Shown here: in pieces, positions 1-13,120 of the stretch
Numbering within the stretch: the stretch's first letter is position 1
Layout: the number at the start of each line of letters is the position of its first letter
Origin: Leucoraja erinacea
Taxonomy: Eukaryota
DNA length: 64,000 bases
Direction: 5' to 3'
NCBI RefSeq assembly: GCF_028641065.1
Contig: NC_073393.1
Location: forward strand, 28,830,001 to 28,894,000
Notes under the pieces: model-generated
The model's input: only the letters and a program-made list of their open reading frames with translations
Told to the model about the DNA's origin: nothing
Databases searched by the model: none
Translations under genes and position numbers: made by a program

Positions 1-1671
1 GAGGGACAAGCAGAACTGGTGAGGTTACATACAAAGGATATCATAGAGAAATCTGAACATGAACCTTTGAATTTGTATCAAATATATTTACTAAAACCAA
101 AAATTATGGTGGATGTCGCATCATCATTGACTTAACTACATTGAATACTTTCGTTAAGTATATACACTTTCCAAAGGATACTTTATGGCAAGCATCGATA
201 TAAAAGATGCATACTAGTCAGTGCCTATTCATAAGGATCATCATAGATACCTAAAATTTACCTGGATGGGGCAACAATGGCAGGACAAATCGTTGCCTAA
301 TGATCTAACATCAGCCCCAAGACTGTTTACCAAGATATTAAAACCAGCCTTGGCAATATTAAGAAAACAAAAACATATTGTCATGGCATATCTTGATGAT
401 ATTTTGATAATAGGCAAAACCATGGAATGAGCTAATTCAGCAGTATTAGCTACTAGACATTTATTTGAAACCTTGGGTTTTGTCATACATCCAGATAAAT
501 CTAAGTTGACTCCATCCACAACTATGGACTATTGGGATTCACAATTAACTCAGTCCACATGTCTGTAACGTTGCCAAAAGAAAAATCAGCAGAATTGGCA
601 CAAACGTGTAACAAATTAATGGTTAACAATCGACCAACCATCCGACAAGTGGCAAGAGTAATTGGTAAATTGGTAGCAGCATTTCCAGCTACCCAGTTTG
701 GACCTTTGCATTATCAAAACTTACAAAGAGCAAAGGTGCAAGCGTTAAAATAACATGCAGGTCACTTTGACCAAACCATGAAATTGCCCATTGAAGCAAT
801 ATCAGAGTTACAATGGTGGATAGAGAACATTTGGCATAGTTCCAGTCCCATCATTATCAATAACCCAACGTTAACAATACAAACAGATGCCAGTGCTCAA
901 GGCTGGGGAGCAACTAATACCATATCCAGTACAGGTGGTAGATGGACTAATCTAGAATCATCGTTACTACAGACACTGGGCATAAATTATTTGGAAATGT
1001 TGGGTGTGTTCTATGGTTTAAAAGCATATTGTACAAATATGCACCATTTGCATATTCGTTTGCAGATTGACAATACCACAGTGGTGGCCTATATTAACCA
1101 TATGGGCGGGATAAAATTGATATCATGTGATAATTTGCTCAACACAATCTGGCAATGGTGTGTCGACAAACATATTTGGCTATCAGCAACTTACCTACCA
1201 GGTAAGCTAAGTACAGTGGCAGACACCAGGTCATGCAAGTTCAATGATAACATCGAATGGATGTGAAACCCCAAAGTATTTGCTGAAATTACAAAGCAAT
1301 ATGGAGCACCAGATATTGATCTCTTTGCGTCCCGACTGAATCACCAGGTACCGATGTATGTTGCTTGGGAACCAGACCCTGAGGCAGTGGCGATGGATGC
1401 ATTCGCGCTGAACTGGGGGAACTATTTTTTCTATGTTTTTCCCCCCTTCTGCCTCATCAGTCGGGTACTATGCAAAATACAGATGGACTCTGCTTCAGGC
1501 ATTTTGGTAGTACCTGACTGGCCTACACAGCCATGGTTCCCAGTGGTCCTTGACAGGGTCGTTGAAACACCAATGACCATTCCCAGCGGACCAGATCTAC
1601 TGATTCACCCTGTGTCAGGCGAAAGTCACCCATGCCATGACAGAATAAACCTACTGGGTTGCAGATTCTAA
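1..1671 (+). pseudogene. DIRS pol: reverse transcriptase + RNase H + adenine-methyltransferase-like (MT) domain, disrupted
   Basis: SAPRLFTK and YLDD (389-400); TDASAQGWG, INYLE, DNTT RNase H motifs (778-1266); IDLFASRLN and YVFPPF MT motifs (1267-1671). Premature stops at 428-430, 751-753, 1264-1266 plus frameshifts. Confidence 0.9.
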
Positions 1672-2646
1672 AAAGACCTTTGCTGGACCTGGGATTGTCA
1701 AACAGGACCATGGACACGATGACAGCATCTCACCGACTTTCCACCAAGAAACAATACCTCTCAAGTATAAGAAAATGGGAAACATACTGCTCGAGAACAG
1801 GGACAACCTACACATCAACCACCATAACAAATGTACTGGAGTTCCTGGCCAGCCGTCACCATGATGAAGGTCTGAGCTATAGCGCTATCAATAGTGCTAG
1901 AAGTACACTGTCAGCCTACCTTAGACACGCACCAGGACAACAGGCCATAGGGTCTCATCCGCTGGTGGCCAAATTAATGAGAGGGATCTTCAATTCAAAC
2001 CCCCCTAGACCTAGGTACACCAAGATCTGGGATGTCAGTGTTGTCCTGACATACCTAAGGGGATGGTCACCAGCCAGATCCCTCACTCTGGAACAGCTAA
2101 CCTTGAAAACGGCCATGCTGATGGCGTTAGTTTCAGCACAAAGGGTCCAGTCCCTTTACTTACTCAGACTGGACAATATGGTCATAACACCAGACCAAAT
2201 AACATTCACCATTAAGGAGCTGGTAAAACAGAGCAGACCAGGAACTTCAGGTCCTATTATGGAATTTCGGGCGTACCCACCTGACCCCCGTTTATGTGTC
2301 ATGACTCACCTTCTACTATACATCAACACAACCAAAGATTCCCGAGGGAGAGAAAAAGCACAATGGGGCAGCCACAAAAAACCACATGGTCGGGTGTCGA
2401 GTCAAACCAAAGTCTAGATGGCTCAAACAGGTACTGGGAGCTGCTGGAGTGGATACTGATATTTACACATCTCACTCCACCAGGGCAGCATCCACGTCGG
2501 CAGCTAAAAGAATGGACGTGCCATTAGACCACATCCTGGCAACAGCGGGGTGGTCCTTGGAAAGAACTTTTCAAACGTTCTACAACAAGCCATTAGCAGA
2601 ACCTGTTTTATTTGCAGAGAGAATTTTAGACTCTGCAAATATATAA
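1659..2646 (+). pseudogene. DIRS tyrosine recombinase, frameshifted near 2400
   Basis: SAQRVQ (catalytic R), HSTRAAS (HxxR), AGW and FQTFY (catalytic Y) split across ORFs 1659-2417 and 2386-2646. Confidence 0.92.
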
Positions 2647-3235
2647 TTTAAGTCCGGGGGAGCATTATTTTCTTTGTTATTGTTTTCAAATAAATACCAT
2701 TTTTGTTTTATAAACAGATTCATGTTTGATTACGATAACATACTTCCTCCCTTGGATGACTTCGGCAGCGAGTGAAGTATGAACTGTTACACGGTTTGAA
2801 ATCACAGAGCTGTAAAATCTTCACGTAGTCACTCACGTGACTCCGAAGTAAAATAGTAAGATTAAACGAGAACTTACCAGTTTGAAGTTTAATCTTTATT
2901 TTATGAGGAGTTACGATGAGGGATTACGTGCCCTCCGCTCCCACCCTCAATTATAGAGATCAACTGGTAACTTAGTTCTCTTTATCTTTACTATGTTTAT
3001 TTCAATTATTGTGTTGTTTCTATGATTCCACACCTCTGCTTTGAAGTATGTCGCGCATGCGTGCTGGACGGGGTCGTCACGTAATCCCTCATCGTAACTC
3101 CTCATAAAATAAAGATCAAACTTCAAACTGGTAAGTTCTCGTTTAATCTTACTATTTTGTGGTGTATTCGTGTAGATTTTTGTTTTGCATGCAATCAACT
3201 GGTTTAATGCACACACTCAAGCCATGTTTTACTTG

Positions 3236-3880
3236 TAACCATATAACCATGTAACAATTACAGCACGGAAACAGGCCATCTCGGCCCTACAAGTCCGTGC
3301 CGAACAAAATTTTTTTCCCCCTTAGTCCCACCTGCCTGCACTCATACCATAACCCTCCATTCCCTTCTCATCCATATGCCTATCCAATTTATTTTTAAAT
3401 GATACCAATGAACCTGCCTCCACCACTTCCACTGGAAGCTCATTCCACACCGCTACCACTCTCTGAGTAAAGAAGTTCCCCCTCATATTACCCCTAAACT
3501 TCTGTCCCTTAATTCTGAAGTCATGTCCTCTTGTTTGAATCTTCCCTATTCTCAAAGGGAAAATCTTGTCCACATCAACTCTGTCTATCCCTCTCATCAT
3601 TTTAAAGACCTCTATCAAGTCCCCCCTTAACCTTCTGCGCTCCAGAGAATAAAGACCTAACTTATTCAACCTATCTCTGTAACTTAGTTGTTGAAACCCA
3701 GGCAACATTCTAGTAAATCTCCTCTGTACTCTCTCTATTTTGTTGACATCCTTCCTATAATTGGGCGACCGAAATTGTACACCATACTCCAGATTTGGTC
3801 TCACCAATGCCTTGTACAATTTTAACATTACATCCCAGTTTCTATACTCAATGCTCTGATTTATAAAGGCTAGCATACCA
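3236..3880 (-). mobile_element. CR1 LINE 3' fragment (young, 5'-truncated)
   Basis: ORF 3322-3876: LYKALVRPNLEY...LERRRLRGDLIEVFK...FFTQRVV...WN (CR1 ORF2 C-terminus), followed by 3'UTR with short-repeat tail. Confidence 0.92.
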
Positions 3881-3920
3881 ATTGTAGGAAACTATTCCAA
3901 TTTTTTGGGGTAATAAAAAG

Positions 3921-4040
3921 GTACTGCAGATGCTGCTTTACACCAGAGAGAGACACAGAATGCTGGAGTAAGACAGGTTAGGCAACATTTCTGGAGCAAA
4001 TGGATAGGTGACATTTCGAGTCGAGATCCTTCTTCAGTCT
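3921..4040 (-). mobile_element. Penelope-derived short repeat with degenerate hammerhead core
   Basis: Matches family at 33301-33533; reverse complement of 4007-4040 is AGACTGAAGAAGGATCTCGACTCGAAATGTCACC. Confidence 0.7.
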
Positions 4041-4059
4041 CAAATTTTTGGTGCCGAGG

Positions 4060-4710
4060 TACATAGAACAGTACAGCACACACAAACTGGCCCTTCAGCA
4101 CACTATGTTGCTGCCAACCATGATGCCAATTTAAACTGCACATATGCCTGCACATGGCCTATATACCCTCCATGTTCACATGTTTGTCTAAATGCTTCTT
4201 AAAAGCTGTTGTTTTATCTGCTTCCACCACTTCTCCTGGCAATATGCCCCAGGCACCAACCACGCTCTGTGTAAAAAAATTGCTATGTAAATCTCCTTTA
4301 AACTTTACCCCTATCACCTTAAAGTTATGCCCTTTGGTATTTGATTTTCCATCGTGGAAAAAAGACTACCTACCCTGGTTATGCCGCTCATAACCTTGTG
4401 TACTTTTTTCAGCGCGCCCCATCAGCCTCTGACCTTCCAGAAAAAACAATCTAACATTGTTTAACTTCTTCTTATAGCTAATGCTCTCTAATCCAGGCAC
4501 CTCTTCTGCACCATCTCCAAATGCTCTACATCCTTCCTGTAATGCATCAAACAGAACTGCACACAATACTTCAAATGAGTTCTAACTAAAGTTTTATACA
4601 GCTGCATTATAACTTTCCAACTCGCCATTCCAATCAATTAAGGCAAGTATGCCATTTCCATTTCCAATCATACTATCTACCTGTGCTGCCACCTGTATGG
4701 AGTTGTAGAA
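4060..4710 (-). mobile_element. Old CR1 LINE 3' fragment
   Basis: CR1 3'UTR (acatagaacagtacagcaca...ggcccttc) and degenerate ORF2 end. Confidence 0.75.
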
Positions 4711-4982
4711 GGTAATCGTACAGGAAATTTCACATCTAATTTAGAGGGAAACTCAAGGAGAGGGAATGAATTTCAAGAGCAATAAAAGGCAGCAAATGTA
4801 ACCAAGCCAATAACTGCAGTCTAATTAGAGCCTTTATAACTGATTGACTTTATTTACTGTAATAGGTTTATTTACTGTCATTTTGATTGAATGTCACAAC
4901 CTACCATCTTTGATACAGATCACAGTGTTGAAATAACTCAGCGGGTAAGGTGACATCTCTGGAGAACATTGGTAGGTGACAT

Positions 4983-5149
4983 CACGATGACGCAGCAGTA
5001 GAGTTTCTGCCTTACAGTACCAGACACCTGGGTTCGATCCTATCTACAGGTGTTGTCTGTACGTAATTTGTACGTTTTCCCTGTGACCTGCGTGGGTTTT
5101 CCTCCGAGATCTCTGGTTTTCACCCACACCCCAAAGATGTGCAGGTCTG
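4983..5149 (+). mobile_element. tRNA-derived V-SINE (HE1-like), 5' part
   Basis: tRNA-like head with B box GGTTCGATCC followed by the family central domain. Confidence 0.75.
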
Positions 5150-5988
5150 CAATGTGGACTTACAATGGATTATTTGCCCTCTGTAATCATTCAGCAATGT
5201 ACTGGAAGCTTGATGTTGGCACAGTCCTTAATTTAAGTGCTATAAAATATAATTCCAAACGAGGTAAATATTGACTAGCTAATCTGTAATTCGGTAAATA
5301 TATTTTATCGCCTATGGCACAATTCCACATATGGCTTGCTGGGAAAAGTCTATCAGATACAGTGACCATGCTTCACACAAATGTTACCTTAAAGCATGTG
5401 GATTGGAGGTTAGAGTATGACCTTGAGTTAAATCATGTGATCCAAGGTTGCTTGAAACCTATGAAATTATTGCATTAATAAAACCTAAAAATATTTGAGT
5501 TTTTCCACCAGCTGTTCATAAATATTTTATCATTTTTTTGCTGGTACACAAAGATATCGGACCTTGGATGAAGCAAATGTTATATTGCTGCTCGCTTTTC
5601 ATGAACAGAGAAAATCACATGATTGGCACTCAATGGCTCTTTATTATCACACATGCACAGGTACAGTGAAATTATTTTAATGGATACAGTTCAGTAAAGT
5701 ATTGCCAAACCCAAGGACAATCCCCAATAGTACAAAGAGCATGTAAATAGTCCGCTGAGACCGCATGCGAGAGTTGCCAGGTTCTGGCATCATTTTCAAA
5801 GCTCAGCGCTTGGTCTTCAGGTACTGGAGCCTCAGTGACTTTAGGGTGTGGTTCTCATGTACAGATTTTATGGCAGGTTTTAAATAAATAATTTAAATAA
5901 ATGGCACATACTCAAAGTTACATTTCATGGTGCAAAGGTTGGCCTTATTGCCCTGACAAAACCATGGATAATGTTAAAGGGCCTACAA

Positions 5989-6110
5989 AGAAGGGAATGG
6001 AGGGTTATGGTATGAGTGCAGGCAGGTGGGACTAAGGGAAAATAATTGTTCGGCACGGACTTGCAGGGCCGAGATGGCCTGTTTCCGTGCTGTAATTGTT
6101 ATATGGTTAT
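5989..6110 (+). mobile_element. CR1 3' end, same subfamily as 3236-3880
   Basis: Near-identical reverse complement of about 3240-3370. Confidence 0.85.
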
Positions 6111-6213
6111 AAAATAATGGTCTTAATGTAAGAAGTTGCTGCCAAAATCTGAATTTTCAGACAGATGCCACTTTCTGAACCATTACTTTTCAAACACAAT
6201 CAACTCAGTCAAG

Positions 6214-6530
6214 TGACGGAGTGGTGCAGCGATAGAGTTGCTACCTTGCAGCTTCAGAGACCTGGGTTCGATCCTGGCTGCTGGTGCTGTCTATACGGAG
6301 TTTGTACATTCTCCCTGTGACCACGTGGATTTTTCTCCGGGTGCTCCGGTTTTCTCCCGCACTCCAAAAATGTGCAGGTTTGTTGATTAAATTTCTCCGG
6401 TAAAGATTGTAAATTTTCCCAAGTGTGTAGGATGGTGCTAGTGTACGGGGTGATTGCAGGTTGAAGCAGATTCGGTGGGCCGGAGGGCATGTTTCCATGC
6501 TATTTTCCCTAAACTAAGCGAAACTAATCT
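6214..6530 (+). mobile_element. V-SINE (HE1-like), full length
   Basis: A/B boxes, central domain, CR1-like 3' tail gggc..tgtttccatgct and CTAAA repeat. Confidence 0.85.
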
Positions 6531-6671
6531 AGAAAATAAACCTCTTTTTAATGACTCATTAGGTCAGAAGAAGAATGGAACATATATTTGAATAATACTT
6601 CTTTTAACCTCAAAACGTTCCATATTGGTAAAAAAAAAAGCTAAATTTAATTATTGTTGACATTGTTGAAA

Positions 6672-7700
6672 GCCTGCACTTCATTCTCCAGCACCTAGAG
6701 CGCCAGGGGACCTATGCGAGGATTTTGTTTGTTGATTTTAGCTCTGCATTCAACACCATTGCGCCAGAGCTACTACACTCCAAACTTTCCAAGTTGACTG
6801 TGCCTGAACCCCTCTGTCGGTGGATCACCAGCTTCCTGACAGACAGGGAGCAGCATGTGAGGTTGGGAAAGCACATCTGGATTCGCAGTCCCCTAGCATA
6901 GGAGCAAGGCTGTGTATTCTCCCCTCTCCTCTACTCTACACCAATGACTGCACCTCCACTGACTCCTCTGTCAAGCTTCTCAAGTTTGCGGACGACACAA
7001 CCCTGATTGAACTGATCCAGGATGGGGAGGAATCTGCCTACAGACAGGAAGTGTCGCAGCTGGTGTCCTGGTGCCATCGCAACAACCTGGAGCTCAATGC
7101 TCTTAAGACAGTGGAATTGATTGTAAACTTTAGGAGAGTTCCCCCTCCCCTCACCCCCCTCACCATCAACAACACCACAGTCACATTTGTGGAGTCTTTT
7201 AAGTTCCTGGAACCATCATCTCCAAGGACCTTAAATGGGAGGGCTACCATCGACTGACTCCACAGTCAAAAAGGCACAACAGAGGATGTATTTCCTGCGG
7301 CAGATGAGGAAGCACAATCTGCCACAGGCAATGATGGTCCAATTCTACACGGCCATCGTAGAGTCTGTTCTCACCTTCTCCATCGTGGTCTGGTTTGGCT
7401 TAGCCACTAAGCACGACATCCGGAGGCTGCAGCGAATCGTCCGATCAGCTGAGAAGGTTATTGGCTGCAACCTTCCCCGCATTGATGAATTGTACACTGC
7501 AAGGGCCAGGAAGCGAGCGGGTAAGATCATCTCTGACCCCTCTCACCCTGTCCACAAATTCTTTGAATCATTTCCCTCTGGAAGGCGACTCCAGACTGCC
7601 AAAGCTGCCACAGCCAGACATAAAAACTGTTTTTTTTCCCCAGGAGTAGCTCTACTCAATAACCAAAAATATGTAGCCTCCTTTTGCGTTTTATGTGTTA
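6672..7700 (+). mobile_element. Rex1/Babar-type non-LTR retrotransposon RT fragment
   Basis: YARILFVDFSSAFNTI, KFADDTT, NNLELNALKTVELIV, KKAQQRMYFLR, PSGRR motifs with frameshifts. Confidence 0.85.
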
Positions 7701-7884
7701 ACAGTTGGGGAAAGCTTTGAAACTTGAATGATACAAGATAGCACCAGAAACATGGGGATACTTGGGCACTCTTGGGCACTGCCTCACAGTAATCTACTAT
7801 ATCTACACTCTTTGTACCTGGGTCTGATTATGCCTATGACCTTACTGAATTGTATTCACTGTACCTACAGTAGGTATGTGTAAC

Positions 7885-8200
7885 CATTGGTGCAGCTGGT
7901 GCAGCTGGTGGAGCTGCTGCCTCACAATGCCAGAGAGATGTGTTAGACCCTGATGTCCGGTGCTGTCAGTGTGGAGTTTGCACATTCTCCCTGTGGCCGC
8001 GTGGGGTTCCTCTGGGTGCTTTGGTTTCCTTCCACATCCCAAAGGTGTGCGGGATTGTGGTTTAATTTGCCTCGAGCATGATGGGAGTGGATTGCGGAAA
8101 TGGGAAAACGTAGAATTACTGTAAACAGGTGGACAATGGTTGGTGCGGACTCGATGTGCTGAAGGGCCTGTTTCCATGCCGTATTTCTAAACTAAACTGA
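7885..8200 (+). mobile_element. V-SINE (HE1-like)
   Basis: Family head, central domain and CTAAA tail. Confidence 0.8.
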
Positions 8201-9141
8201 AGAGAAACATAGTTAATGTTTCAGGCTTAAGAATTTGATGAAAACTCTTTGAGCTGAATTGTTAGATTTATTGCTATCTCCAGTAACGTTATTAAATTAG
8301 CTTGCGTTGTAACTTTTAATGCAATAACTGAAATATTTCTGTGTTCACATGGGGTGATTTACTGTGTTTAACGGTAAATTATTAAAAGTGAATGGTTGTG
8401 AGGTGATGGCTGAATGCATCACTGATTATATTTCAGAACGGGAAGTCACATTATTTAGCGACCATTTCAAAAGCGCACTCTACGTACAACGATACAGGAA
8501 AGCTTCACTTTACAAATCAACAAACTGTTCAAAAATAGTAGCTGACCTACCAACAAAAAGGTCACAGGCACTATTATCAGAACTAACGTCACAACTTTCC
8601 ATTTGGTCCCTTGTGGCTCTATATATTACTGTGTGAGTGGTAATTGGTATTACAATTTTACCCCTCTACCGGAATGATATTATTTATTTCCTGGACTTCA
8701 CTGATTCACAAACAAATGAAGGTAGAGAAAACTGACATCAGCTCTATGTAAGAGCTTTTAAACTAGTTTCACTCTCCTCCCCATTCCCATAGCTATAATT
8801 TCCACCAGGCAAATGAACCATCTTGCCATAACTAGAGAGCAGTCCTGAACTAGTATCTACTTCATCTGAGACTCTCGGACTATCTTTGATAGGAATTTAC
8901 TGGCTTTATCTTACACTAAACTTTATTCACGTTATTTCCCTTTATTATGTATCTGCACACTGTGAATAGCTCGATTGTAATGTATTTCTGCGGACTGCAA
9001 CAAAAGCTTTTCACCATTCCGAGGTACACGAGACAAACTAAACTTAAACTCAAAATCATTTCAAGGGACTTACCCTGTACTCTTCTGATTATCATGATTG
9101 CAGCTGCCTCCACTACTGCCTCTAGCTATAGGTTCCAGCTT

Positions 9142-9698
9142 AGTCATAGAGTCATAGAGTGATACAGTGTGGAAACAGGCATCTTTGGCCCAACTTGCCC
9201 ACATCAGCCAACAATGTCCCAGCTAGACTAGTCCCATTTGCCTGCGCTTGCTCCATGTCCCTCCAAACCTGTCCTATTCATGTACCTGTCTAACTGTCTC
9301 TTAAACGATGGGATAGTCCCAGCCTCTACTACCTCCTTTGGCAGCTTGTTCCACACGCCCACCACCCTTTGTGTGATAAAGGTAAACCTCAGATTCATCT
9401 TAAATCTTTTCCCCTTCACCTTGAACCTATGTCCTTTGGTCCTCTATTCCACTACTCTGGGCAAGAGACTATGCATCTACCCGATCTATTCCTCTCATGA
9501 TTTTGTACACCTCTATTAGATCTCCCTTCATCCTCCGGCGCTCCATGGAATAGAGACCCAGCCTCCTCAATCTCTCCCTATAGCTCACACCTTCTAGTCC
9601 TGGCAACATCCTCATAAATCTTTTCTGAACCTTTTCAAGCTTGGCAATGTCTTTTCTATTACACGGTGCCCAGAACGGAACACAAAATGCTAAATGTG
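9142..9698 (-). mobile_element. CR1 LINE 3' fragment
   Basis: TQRVVGVWNKLP...FKRQLDRYM; highly similar to 42445-42912 in the opposite orientation. Confidence 0.88.
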
Positions 9699-10889
9699 TC
9701 CAATCATTCTTGGTTCTTTTGCTAGTTTCCTTCGTTTCTGCTCTCTGTAATCTGTCCTTTCCAAGAACAGTAGCATGTTTACTCTATTTATTTTGTTCCA
9801 ACCTAAGAAGTCTTCAAATATGTTCATCAGCCACCATCACTTCCCCTAAGGGAACGTCCAGCATCTCATATCCATCCATAAACTGTACAACGCCTCTTCC
9901 TTCTGTCATTGGATAGACTGATGCCCCTTCTCCCCCTCCCCCACCAACCTTTGCACATACCGTGTTTCATGTATCTTGTTGTGTTTTATGACTGTTGGCA
10001 GACCAATTTCCCTCCTGCGATAAATAAAGTTCTATCGTATCATCCAACTGAAGTCCTGTATCTATGAAATCATTCCAATAAATCTCTTGTACACTCTCTT
10101 CAAGATCTTTACATGTTCACAGACAGTGATGCTAGCTCGTTATGACTTTTGTCTTACAAACATACATTGTGACTTTCACTCTCATATTCTTCATCACTGT
10201 TTACAAAACCCAGTATCTGTAAGCTTTTTCAATCATTCTGTTAACCTGCCATGCCACTTCCCATGAACTATGCACAAATATCATAGTTCTCTCTGTTATC
10301 GGCTTTCTTCTTTTTTTCCAACCAAATTGTAATATTTCGCATTTTTTTCATGTTAAATTTAATTTGCAATGTCGGCCCATTCCACCAGTCCAGCCATATC
10401 CATTTAAAGTCTATTACCATACTCCTTACAGTTCACTTGGCCTCCGAATTATGTTTTGTCTTTCAAGTAGCTTAACACCATCCTCTCCAAAGATGGCTGA
10501 CGCTCTTTCCATCACCAGTGCCCAGTTCCTGAGGTGTGCACATCTACAAAATGTACTGCAATTACTTGCCCAGGGTAGTCCAACACCACCTCCCAAACCC
10601 CAACATTTATCACCAAGAAAGGTTTCATGCACATGGACACACCATGACCTGAAGGCTTCCCTTCAAGTTGTAGAGCATATGGATTTGGAGGTTTATTGCT
10701 GATACTTTATCTTGGTTGTTGTAGCTATATTTTGTAAGCTCTGTAAGTTTTGTAAGTTCTTATCTAACATCAGAAGGACTGCAACAGCTTAATATGACTA
10801 TTGACGCTAAAGCGACTCGCCCATAGTGGTTCAGTTTATCCATTCATCCTTTGCTGAACAAGGATACAACCTTTCCAATTTTTTTTGGA

Positions 10890-11185
10890 GATCACAGCGC
10901 GGAAACTGGCCTATTGGCCCATCAAGTCTACACGACTAGTGATCACCCCGCACAGTTGCACCATCCTACACACTCTGGAAAATTAACACTTTTATCAAAG
11001 CCAATTAGCCTACAAACCTGTACGTCTTTGGAGTGTGGGAGGAAACTGGAGCACCCAGAGAAAACCCACCCGGTCACAGGGAGATCGTACAAACTTCATA
11101 GCGACAGTACCCATAGTCAGGATCGAACCTGGGTCTCTGGCACTGTAAGGTAGCAACTCTTCTGCAGTGCCACTGTGCTGCCCTA
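10890..11185 (-). mobile_element. V-SINE (HE1-like)
   Basis: Reverse complement of family consensus including B box (ggatcgaacc). Confidence 0.85.
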
Positions 11186-11660
11186 CCGCGACTTTTTTGA
11201 TCGTTAGACACCATGAATATATGTGCAGATGTTGGAACAAAGTCCAATTCTCTGCAATTTCTACTCTAATTTTGCTCTGCGATACAAGATGTGTCTCAGA
11301 AGGACTGGCTTATTTGTTCACTTTATAGTGTATTTAAGCCATTCTAAAATCTCTTCTTTAGCCATCACTTTCCCTTGCTGAAACCTCAGCTTCATTTCAT
11401 CGTTGAAGTGAAAATGAAAAGTCTTTAGTGAATAGCTTGCCAAAATAACCAAATGCCTTTTTAGTTCCTGATTGGCTCCACAGTTCTCCTATCACTGCGT
11501 ATATGCAGTTTACATGCAGATTATGCTTTTATATTTACCATGTATCTTTTTCTCATAGCTGCCTCTTTGCTCTTGTGTTTCCTTTTTACTTCACCTGTAA
11601 AATTTCTATAATCAATCCATTTCTCAGTTTTGCACTCAATCTGACATCTTTCATACAACT

Positions 11661-11901
11661 GATAGACACAAAATGCTAGAGTAACTCAGTGGGTCAGGCA
11701 GCATATCTGGAGAAAAGGAATAGGTGATGTTTCAGGTTCGAACCTTTCTTCGGAGCTGATCTTCAGGAGTCTGAAGAAGGGTTCCGATCTGAAAATTAAT
11801 TAATTTCTTTTCTCCAGAGATGCTGCCTGACCAGCTGAGTTACTCCAGTGTTTTGTGTCTATCTTTGGTATAAACCAGCATCTGTAGTTTCTTCCTACAC
11901 A
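11661..11901. mobile_element. Palindromic Penelope-derived repeat (two inverted arms)
   Basis: gatagacacaaaatgctagagtaactcag ... ctgagttactccagtgttttgtgtctatc; CTGAAGAAGGG near the centre. Confidence 0.8.
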
Positions 11902-12930
11902 TCTTTTGTAGAACCTATGCTTTTACTTTATTCTACTCAGCTCTCAATGGTTATCCAAACAATATGCATTTAACTGCCTTATCTGTTTGCTCTTAAGACT
12001 GAACCATCTTATCCTTCAATGCTGCCCATTGTTCAATTAGAGTTTTGCTTGCCAATCTTTGATTCAAAAGTAATGGAAAACCTCTTCAAGATACAGACCT
12101 TTATATCCTATCCCGAAACCTACTTGAATCCTTTGTACCCATGAATATTTAGTAGCTTGGTCTTTGCTATTACCACAACATCATAATCATGTTTTCCTAA
12201 TTGGGTTTATACCTCAGCAACTGTGCTAAAAATGTTTTAAGTGAGCATATGCTTATCTAATTTACCTTAGATTTTGTTGTAATTTTACTTAATCTAGTCC
12301 AATCTAATGCTGCAATATTCTTTGCTTTTTCATCCTCAGAGTCTTCAAGTTATAGCACAGTTCTTCATTTTTCCAGTATCCTCATGTGGAAACTATACTA
12401 AACTAAACACCCAGAGAAAATTCACACAATCACAGGGCGAACGTACAAACTCCGTACAGACACCTCCTGTTGTCAGGTTCGAACCCAGATCCCTGTAAGG
12501 TAGCAATTCCACCGATGCACCACTGTGCCGCCCCAAGCTTACTGAGATTTCAACTAGATGACCTCATTCCCTTTATCATTAGATATGTCAATGAAAGACC
12601 AAACTACAAAACTGCGTTTTGGGGAAAAAAAAAATAATTTGATTAAAAACTTTTACATTAGGGTATCAAGAAACTGCTATTATTCATGGGCTGTAATCTC
12701 TAGATTAAGTGAAAGTCATTATGATTGTTCTTAAACATGCCAGAAACAAATACATGAATTTAAAATAGTAATGAGCTATCCCTATGGCAATCAGGGGTGT
12801 CGAATTATGTATTTACAATGGGGGCTCATCTCTGCTGTCAAATCACTGAATTCAACACCTTTTCTGAGATGACGTATATTGGCCTATAAGCTTCTGAGGA
12901 CAGAAACCACAGATCATCAATATTAGTGGG

Positions 12931-13120
12931 CACAAGGAACTGCAGATGCAGGCTTACAAAAAAACCTCACAGAGTGCTGGAGTAACTCAGCGAATAAGGC
13001 AGCATCTCTGGAGGAAATGAATGTTTCAGATCAGGACAAGAAGGGTCCTGACCCAAATCATCACCTATCCAAGTCCACCAGAGATATTGGCTGATCCGCT
13101 CCTCTAGCACGTTGTGCTTT
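12931..13120. mobile_element. Degenerate palindromic Penelope-derived repeat
   Basis: aaggaactgcagatg...ctggagtaactcagc arm plus inverted partner arm. Confidence 0.65.

Larger units (their letters stand above)
1..3158 (+). mobile_element. DIRS1-type tyrosine-recombinase retrotransposon (5' part outside window; decayed ORFs)
   Basis: RT-RNaseH-MT-YR domain order. ICR segment 2850-2930 is the reverse complement (1 mismatch in 81 nt) of the right terminal extension 3078-3158. Ends in ...ACTATTTT. Confidence 0.93.

Noticed and set aside
1659-2646. Phage integrase or prophage interpretation of the tyrosine recombinase and methylase
   Set aside because: Adjacent RT/RNase H and the ITR/ICR structure identify a DIRS retrotransposon, not bacterial contamination.
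6214-6300. tRNA-like A/B boxes here and in about 20 other places
   Set aside because: They are SINE heads followed by the V-SINE body, not complete tRNA genes.
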